Source: an uncultured virus (IMG/VR IMGVR_UViG_3300010233_002389) (lineage: Duplodnaviria; Heunggongvirae; Uroviricota; Caudoviricetes). Taken from it: a stretch of DNA of 20,000 nt. The notes under the pieces are model-generated. The model saw only the letters and a program-made list of their open reading frames with translations. It did not search any database and was not told the origin of the DNA. Below, piece by piece: positions 14,696 through 20,000 of the stretch (the first letter of the stretch is position 1; each line of letters begins with the position of its first letter). The position numbers and the translations under genes were made by a program. The stretch lies in the IMG/VR virus record IMGVR_UViG_3300010233_002389; one strand, 5' to 3'.

Positions 14696-14879
14696 GGCTT
14701 GTCAATACGAAAGTGAAATCGGATTCGTAGCTCCGATGTTTCATTCTTGTGGTAAAGAGCCAGAGAATGGACTATGTACTAAGTGCATATTGACACCAAA
14801 GCCAGCTACATATTCTTTGCCTGAAAAATGGTGCACACAATGTTGGCAAGCGTGGTTCACGGAAGGTTATGAAAATTAA
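14667..14879 (+). CDS. Small Cys-rich hypothetical protein
   Basis: Three CxxC motifs; start uncertain because it overlaps the end of add. Confidence 0.5.
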   Translation: MDSKQNSQCEACQYESEIGFVAPMFHSCGKEPENGLCTKCILTPKPATYSLPEKWCTQCWQAWFTEGYEN

Positions 14880-14914
14880 ATATGGAATTTGTACAATGAT
14901 AGAAAAATAATAAC

Positions 14915-15268
14915 ATGCCAGAATCACCAATACATTATGCTTGTCAAAAATGTAGCAAGATCTTTATAAGTCATAATAGTACTTATGGTCCTCCCTCATA
15001 TTGTTGTGCAAATCTAGACGGTTCATTAAATCAATATGTACGCATGGTTCCAATAGGGAATTTTAGCGTATACCCTTTAAAGGAGCTTGGTATGCCCGAA
15101 ATAAAATTAAAAAGCGTTAAGTCTTATGTTAAAGAACCTGGTGTAGTTGGCTCAGATATTGAATTTGAAATGATTGTCGAGCTTCCAAACGGAAAGAATA
15201 TATGCTCATCAATATCAAGTTCAGCATATTTAGAATTTTTGAAAATATTAGATAAAGAGGACCAATGA
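14915..15268 (+). CDS. Hypothetical protein
   Basis: 117-aa ORF with CQKC; ATGA-coupled to the next gene. Confidence 0.7.
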   Translation: MPESPIHYACQKCSKIFISHNSTYGPPSYCCANLDGSLNQYVRMVPIGNFSVYPLKELGMPEIKLKSVKSYVKEPGVVGSDIEFEMIVELPNGKNICSSISSSAYLEFLKILDKEDQ

Positions 15269-15972
15269 AAATCGACCGTGTGACGTTGACTGGCGCAAAT
15301 GACAAAACAAACATACAAGATTTAATAGCGTTATCCAAAGATTACCCGTTCGCAGAATGGGGCATTCTACTATCAAAATCATCTGAAGGCTCACCTAGAT
15401 TCCCTTCCCTCAAGTGGATGGAACAATTAAATAATCACGACAATGAATTAAATCTTTCCGGACATCTTTGTGGACGATGGGTTAGAGATATAGTAAGATT
15501 AGGTCAACTATCATTTGTCCAAGAACGTCATATGATATGGAGCGCATTCAAACGTATACAAATTAATTTCCACGGCGAACAATTAACAGTAAGTGATAAG
15601 TTCTATGATCTATTAGGTTATCTAAAGAATTTTGATAAACAATTTATATTCCAGATGGATATTGAAAACGATGAGTTATTCTATGATGCCCTAAAGGCTG
15701 GGGTAAATGCAGTCCCTCTATTTGATACTTCACACGGTGCCGGTATAAGCCCTGATTCCTGGCCAGCAGTAATAGAAAATGTGTACTGCGGTTATGCAGG
15801 TGGACTTTCTCCAGAAAATCTAAAGAGTGAATTAGATAAAATAGCGAATGTAGTTGGCGATAAAACCATTTGGATAGATGCAGAAACAAAAGTTCGCTCA
15901 GATAACGATTTAACATTCGATTTAGCAAAAGTAGAAGCATTTTTAAAGATAGCCGAACCATATACAAAATGA
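15265..15972 (+). CDS. TrpF (phosphoribosylanthranilate isomerase)-like TIM-barrel protein
   Basis: QINFHG, LFDTSHGAG, YAGGLSPENL and IDAETKVRS...DLAKVEAFL parallel TrpF motifs. The N-terminus is divergent. Confidence 0.65.
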   Translation: MKIDRVTLTGANDKTNIQDLIALSKDYPFAEWGILLSKSSEGSPRFPSLKWMEQLNNHDNELNLSGHLCGRWVRDIVRLGQLSFVQERHMIWSAFKRIQINFHGEQLTVSDKFYDLLGYLKNFDKQFIFQMDIENDELFYDALKAGVNAVPLFDTSHGAGISPDSWPAVIENVYCGYAGGLSPENLKSELDKIANVVGDKTIWIDAETKVRSDNDLTFDLAKVEAFLKIAEPYTK

Positions 15973-16502
15973 AAAGCATTCCTGCCAGCAAAAAACTTCC
16001 TCCACCATTACCCAAGCCTAAACATCATATAGGGGTATACGCTGGAAGCTTCGACCCTCCTACCAAGGGGCACTTTGATATTATTACCCGAGCATCAGGT
16101 ATGTTTAATCAACTGTATGTAGCTGTTGCATATAATATCTCCAAGAACGCCATCTTCACCACTGAAGAAAAGATTAAGATGTTGCGCGCTAATCTAATGA
16201 TTCCAAACGTAGTAGTAACTGATTTTAGCGGACTTATTGTTGACCTATGCAAAAAGATTGGAGCCACAACAATGGTTCGTGGTGTAAGAAACATTATGGA
16301 CTTCGAGACCGAAATGAATATGGCTCATGTTAATTCAGACTTAGCGCATGATGTAAATACAATATTAATTCCTACAAGACTTGAGTATATGACCGTTTCA
16401 TCGTCAATGGTTAAAGAGCTAGCTAAATTTGGCAGAGACGTTTCACAATATGTACATCCTCATGTGGCTATGGCTTTGAAAGAAAAGTTTGCACAAAAAT
16501 GA
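15969..16502 (+). CDS. coaD: Pantetheine-phosphate adenylyltransferase
   Basis: YAGSFDPPTKGHFDIITRA, VRGVRNIMDFETE, VSSSMVKELAKFG. Confidence 0.93.
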   Translation: MKSIPASKKLPPPLPKPKHHIGVYAGSFDPPTKGHFDIITRASGMFNQLYVAVAYNISKNAIFTTEEKIKMLRANLMIPNVVVTDFSGLIVDLCKKIGATTMVRGVRNIMDFETEMNMAHVNSDLAHDVNTILIPTRLEYMTVSSSMVKELAKFGRDVSQYVHPHVAMALKEKFAQK

Positions 16503-16678
16503 CAATTGATAAAAGTCATCAAATAAATCTTGTTAATTCATTAATTTATCAAATTGGACTAAAAATAACATTAGAGACTCTAATTCTAATAGTAGACGAT
16601 CCACCAACTAAAGTAAGTCTAGAAAAGACTCTTGAAATTTATAATACAAGATATGAGGGCGAAGATGAAGGAAGCTAA
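16499..16678 (+). CDS. Small hypothetical protein (59 aa)
   Basis: ATGA overlap with the coaD stop; MTIDKSHQINLVNSLIYQIG...EDEGS*. Confidence 0.5.
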   Translation: MTIDKSHQINLVNSLIYQIGLKITLETLILIVDDPPTKVSLEKTLEIYNTRYEGEDEGS

Positions 16679-16910
16679 ACGTTGGTTAATTGATAATGAC
16701 AAAATAGAAGTCATTAATGGCAAATTTCAAATAGATCCTGAAAACTTCAAACAGATGGTTATAGATATACAGTCAGATGCAAGAACTGACTTACAAGAGA
16801 GAAATACAAAGTTACTAGAAAGAGCAAGAGCACTAGAAGCATCAGAGCTGGAAAGACGTAATCGATCTGCCATGGATACAGCTAGTTATTTGCAGAATGT
16901 TACAAGGTAA
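16665..16910 (+). CDS. Hypothetical protein, coiled-coil-like
   Basis: Track ORF 16632-16910; ATG 16665 has GAGGG upstream. Confidence 0.6.
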   Translation: MKEAKRWLIDNDKIEVINGKFQIDPENFKQMVIDIQSDARTDLQERNTKLLERARALEASELERRNRSAMDTASYLQNVTR

Positions 16911-16930
16911 TAAAGAAGCATTAATATATT

Positions 16931-17006
16931 GCTGCCTAAGCTTAGATGGCGAAGCCCATCATTGGTAATGATGAGATGCAGAGTTCGAGTCTCTGAGGTA
17001 GCTCCA
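16931..17006 (+). tRNA. tRNA-Thr(GGT)
   Basis: Acceptor GCTGCCT/AGGTAGC; CATCA-TT GGT AA-TGATG; T arm CAGAG-TTCGAGT-CTCTG; TCCA. Confidence 0.93.
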
Positions 17007-17017
17007 GGAATCGTAAG

Positions 17018-17691
17018 TTGATATCAAAAGAAATAAAATCTAAAGCTATCTTGTTAAGACAACAAGGGCTTGCAGTTACAAAAATTGCAAAAGACTTACA
17101 TTGCGCTAAAAGTACTATTTCAAGATGGGTTCGAAACGTATCAATATCCGAACAGCATAAGAAAATGCTGGCAACTAGAGATGCAAATCCCAAAAAGATA
17201 TGGTTCAAAAATAAAAGATTTGAATACCAACAAAGAGGCGCTAAAAGAATCCATAAAAATGAACCATTGTATATAGCTGGTTGTATGCTATATTGGGGCG
17301 AAGGCAGCAAGCACCCTAACGCTTGCCAAATGGTAAATTCTGATATTAATATACTAATTACATTTAAAGATTTTCTACAAACGTACTTTAATGTTAAGAA
17401 TGTAGAAATAAAGTTAGCAATACATTGTTATAATGATTTGCATAGCGTTGAAGATATAGAAACTTGGTGGCTAAACAAACTAGGTCTTTCGCGCGATAAT
17501 TTAACAAAAACAATAGTTAACAATTATCCTAAATCATCAAAAAAGTTGAAAATTAACAAATTAGAATATGGTACAATAAGAATGTCTGTACATAAGACAG
17601 AGGTGGTTCAAGAAATATNNNNNNNNNNGAAATATTTTGTGCAATCCAGGAATTTGGTAAATTTACTAATGAAACATGGATTAACCATTAA
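17018..17691 (+). CDS. HTH plus LAGLIDADG-like endonuclease-fold protein (spans an assembly gap)
   Basis: N-terminal HTH (IAKDLHCAKSTISRWV); AGCMLYWGEGS..VNSD motif. GAAATAT on both sides of the N gap suggests the true end is EIFCAIQEFGKFTNETWINH* at 17691. Confidence 0.65.
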
Positions 17692-17715
17692 TATTGTGAT
17701 ATAATAACATTACAT

Positions 17716-17788
17716 GCGTGATTCGCATAGTGGCTATTGCGCTTGCCTTCCAAGCAAGATTCCATGGGTTCGAGTCCCATATCACGCT
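17716..17788 (+). tRNA. tRNA-Gly(TCC)
   Basis: Acceptor GCGTGAT/ATCACGC; CTTGC-CT TCC AA-GCAAG; T arm ATGGG-TTCGAGT-CCCAT; U73. Confidence 0.95.
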
Positions 17789-17796
17789 CTATAAAT

Positions 17797-17871
17797 GCGA
17801 CTGTAATTCAGCGGTAGAATGTTTCGTTGCCAACGAGAATGTTAGGAGTTCGATTCTCCTCAGTCGCTCCA
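17797..17871 (+). tRNA. tRNA-Gly(GCC)
   Basis: Acceptor GCGACTG/CAGTCGC; TTTCG-TT GCC AA-CGAGA; T arm AGGAG-TTCGATT-CTCCT; TCCA. Confidence 0.95.
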
Positions 17872-17956
17872 TAAAATTCTTATCTGATTTAGATGAAATC
17901 TATGTTAGCAGAACCCCTAATATTTATAATAGCATGATAATGGAAGATGTTATTAA

Positions 17957-18202
17957 ATGAAGGTTAAACAACATATATCTACTGGCAGAGCTTATTGTCG
18001 TGGACCAAACTGTTGTGATAAACAAATTATTCCAAAGGGAGAGTTATGCTTTCAGGTATCAATGAACACTAGCTCCAACCAATTTCAAGCAACATCAATG
18101 TTTTGTAAAGGATGCATGATAGATGTGTTTATCAATTTTGAAGCTGCCATAAAAAATTCTCCAATTTATGACGAAATTTGTATGAAGACTGTATTAGAAT
18201 AA
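17957..18202 (+). CDS. Small Cys-rich protein with an IM-x-DVL-like tail
   Basis: CRGPNCC...CKGC...YDEICMKTVLE. Confidence 0.7.
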   Translation: MKVKQHISTGRAYCRGPNCCDKQIIPKGELCFQVSMNTSSNQFQATSMFCKGCMIDVFINFEAAIKNSPIYDEICMKTVLE

Positions 18203-18216
18203 TTTGACATATAAAT

Positions 18217-18552
18217 ATGTGTACATCTTCTGAAGAAAGATTGGCGCTTGATGTTGAACTCAGTGATATCGAAAATAGATTAAATCTAGATGATAATAAT
18301 ACCCAATATAAATTACTAACCGAACGACGTAAACAATTTATAGAGCGTCGAGGAGAAATTGTAGGACTCATATATAACTATGATAATGTCCGTATCGATA
18401 CACATAATTGGAAGCATATACAGATGTGGCGATTCAAATGCAAAAACTGTGGAATTACCGGAGAGTCAGAGGCATTGGGAGCCACTAGACCATTTAAACT
18501 CCACGCTCCATACTTAAGCTGCAACGAAATGATAATGAGAGACGTTTTGTAA
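18217..18552 (+). CDS. Small Zn-finger-like protein of the IM-x-DVL-tail family
   Basis: IDTHNW...CKNCG...YLSCNEMIMRDVL. Confidence 0.78.
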   Translation: MCTSSEERLALDVELSDIENRLNLDDNNTQYKLLTERRKQFIERRGEIVGLIYNYDNVRIDTHNWKHIQMWRFKCKNCGITGESEALGATRPFKLHAPYLSCNEMIMRDVL

Positions 18553-18893
18553 TGAATTTAAAAGAAAGAGGCAAAGTATGGCTATCAATACAATCAAAAA
18601 TAGCCAAACACCAATCTAGTTTTATTCGTAGTGATCTTAAAGATGCTGCCCAAAAAGAATTTAATGATCTAGTTAAATCTGCATTAGATTTCGATTTTCC
18701 CAAAATATCTACTCATACATGGATAGATGACAAATGGCAAATGAAATGTAGTGTTTGTGGAGTTTGTGCACATAGAAAAGATGAAATATTTCTTGAAAAA
18801 AATCCAATTATTGAATATATACCTTTTCTTCTTAAATACCCATATTTAAATTGCAGTGAAATGAATGAAGTGATAATGAGAGATGTTTTGTAA
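18552..18893 (+). CDS. Small Zn-finger-like protein of the IM-x-DVL-tail family
   Basis: ISTHTW...CSVCG...YLNCSEMNEVIMRDVL. Confidence 0.78.
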   Translation: MNLKERGKVWLSIQSKIAKHQSSFIRSDLKDAAQKEFNDLVKSALDFDFPKISTHTWIDDKWQMKCSVCGVCAHRKDEIFLEKNPIIEYIPFLLKYPYLNCSEMNEVIMRDVL

Positions 18894-18895
18894 AA

Positions 18896-19144
18896 GTGCA
18901 CTACATAGATGATGAGTTTTTTAAATTATTAGAAGCGCAAACTAACGCATCACACGCAATAGATACCCACACCTGGATTCCTCATCCTCAAAAATCTGCA
19001 ACATTCAAATGTACAAAGTGTGGCATATCAGGTGGAATAAACCCACGAGCAAATTATAAAAAGGTAACTAGACCAACATATCTTTTACCTATACTATCTT
19101 TATTAACTTGTGACGAAAAGATTATGAAAGATGTTATCGAATAA
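18896..19144 (+). CDS. Small Zn-finger-like protein of the IM-x-DVL-tail family
   Basis: IDTHTW...CTKCG...LTCDEKIMKDVIE. Confidence 0.78.
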   Translation: MHYIDDEFFKLLEAQTNASHAIDTHTWIPHPQKSATFKCTKCGISGGINPRANYKKVTRPTYLLPILSLLTCDEKIMKDVIE

Positions 19145-19391
19145 AAAAGAAAAAATCGATAGCCACGACTGGCAAGAGTTTAGTGATTATAGAACTAATT
19201 CAATGTATTGGAATTATTATATTTGTAAAAATTGTAAATTCCTTATGGCTGTTTCAATAAATGGAACTAAGTCAGAAACTCAAAGGAGTCCAATTTTTAG
19301 TAATCCATGCAAAAAAATTGACGATAGAAGATTTGTAGAATTTGATGCGCCAAGCTGTGGAGAAGTAATGATGAGAGATATACTAGAATAA
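19131..19391 (+). CDS. Small Zn-finger-like protein of the IM-x-DVL-tail family
   Basis: IDSHDW...CKNCK...PSCGEVMMRDILE. Confidence 0.78.
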   Translation: MLSNKKEKIDSHDWQEFSDYRTNSMYWNYYICKNCKFLMAVSINGTKSETQRSPIFSNPCKKIDDRRFVEFDAPSCGEVMMRDILE

Positions 19392-19392
19392 T

Positions 19393-19665
19393 ATGGATTA
19401 CAAAACGGGAAATCAATTACAAGATGAATATGAATCTGACCCCCATTATCTAGCTCTAAAAAAGAACTTACTAGCCCCAATTTATAAGAAAAAATTTATA
19501 GATACACATACATGGGTAAACACAAGTACTAGAAAAGTTATATGTTCTGTTTGTAAAATATGGGGATTAGAGTCTATTGACCATAAACAATACTTTACCA
19601 TACAAGTCATTGAACGCTATGAAATATCTTGCGCCGAAATGGTAATGAAGGATATACTAGAATAA
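19393..19665 (+). CDS. Small Zn-finger-like protein of the IM-x-DVL-tail family
   Basis: IDTHTW...CSVCK...ISCAEMVMKDILE. Confidence 0.78.
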   Translation: MDYKTGNQLQDEYESDPHYLALKKNLLAPIYKKKFIDTHTWVNTSTRKVICSVCKIWGLESIDHKQYFTIQVIERYEISCAEMVMKDILE

Positions 19666-19685
19666 AACGATATATAGTAAATAAC

Positions 19686-19757
19686 GACGTGGATAGCCTA
19701 GTGGACATGGCGACAAGCTGCAACCTTGTAAGTGAAGTTCGATTCTTCTCCTCGTCT
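19686..19757 (+). tRNA. tRNA-Cys(GCA), 8/4 fold
   Basis: Acceptor GACGTGGA/TCCTCGTC; ACAAG-CT GCA AC-CTTGT; 4-bp T stem GAAG-TTCGATT-CTTC; U73. Confidence 0.85.
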
Positions 19758-19763
19758 CTATAT

Positions 19764-19839
19764 GGTCCCATCATCTAGCGGTTTAGGATAGCAGATTCTC
19801 AATTTGCTTACACCGGTTCGAATCCGGTTGGGATCACCA
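19764..19839 (+). tRNA. tRNA-Glu(CTC)
   Basis: Acceptor GGTCCCA/TGGGATC; GCAGA-TT CTC AA-TTTGC; T arm ACCGG-TTCGAAT-CCGGT; ACCA. Confidence 0.95.
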
Positions 19840-19896
19840 AAAATTACCATATGTATAACCCGACATATTATCAGTCACATAATGTTGGAGTTATCA

Positions 19897-20000
19897 ATGT
19901 GCAAAAAAAGTATTGGTGATACAGTAGAGAAGTTTTCGAGCTGTCTCAAGACCGCCATCCAAAATAAAGAAGAGGAACTGTTCGATAAGAATCCTTCGGA
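19897..20000 (+). CDS. Possible ORF truncated by the window edge
   Basis: MCKKSIGDTVEKFSSCLKTAIQNKEEELFDKNPS... is open to the end of the window. Confidence 0.35.
   Translation, partial: MCKKSIGDTVEKFSSCLKTAIQNKEEELFDKNPS

Noticed and set aside
1032..19480. Minus-strand and nested ORFs in the track (e.g. 1032-1220, 8423-8815, 9561-9896, 14059-14361, 15644-16015, 16942-17310, 17070-17276)
   Set aside because: They are shadows of well-supported + strand genes or tRNAs and carry no motifs. Only the HNH at 10893-11577 is credible on the minus strand.
17872..19665. CRISPR array or integron attC cassette array
   Set aside because: The recurring motif is degenerate, lies in frame at gene ends and is spaced by whole genes. 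No palindromic repeats, cas genes or integrase are visible.
1..20000. Cellular chromosome or eukaryotic virus origin
   Set aside because: Housekeeping-like genes lack their operon neighbours and sit among many tiny unknown ORFs and homing nucleases. Overlapping start/stop codons, Shine-Dalgarno sites and lipoboxes are bacterial-type. Phage origin is still an inference, since no virion genes are in the window.

Overview
The window looks like a tRNA-rich accessory region of a large (jumbo-type) bacteriophage. It is AT-rich, densely coding and almost entirely on the + strand, with no rRNA and no virion genes. It contains 13 tRNA genes plus one tRNA-like RNA, interspersed with small ORFs. Recognisable proteins include EF-Ts, thioredoxin, dCMP deaminase, adenosine deaminase, CoaD, a TrpF-like TIM barrel, an M14 peptidase, an FGE-sulfatase-domain lipoprotein, a kinase-like protein and three endonuclease-like genes (two HNH, one LAGLIDADG-like). 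About 11 small ORFs share a C-terminal C-x-E-x-I-M-[KR]-D-V-L tail. The best candidate for a new system is a 93-nt tRNA-like RNA (6115-6207). It has full alanine identity (G3:U70, A73, CCA) but no normal anticodon arm, and 2 nt downstream begins a 94-aa stand-alone protein resembling the acceptor-stem-reading segment of alanyl-tRNA synthetase. Other odd tRNAs include two with A34 anticodons (Leu-AAG, Val-AAC), a Val-TAC with G3:U70 and C33, an 8/4-fold Cys and an Ile with non-canonical geometry. All protein calls come from motif recognition by eye; no searches were run.
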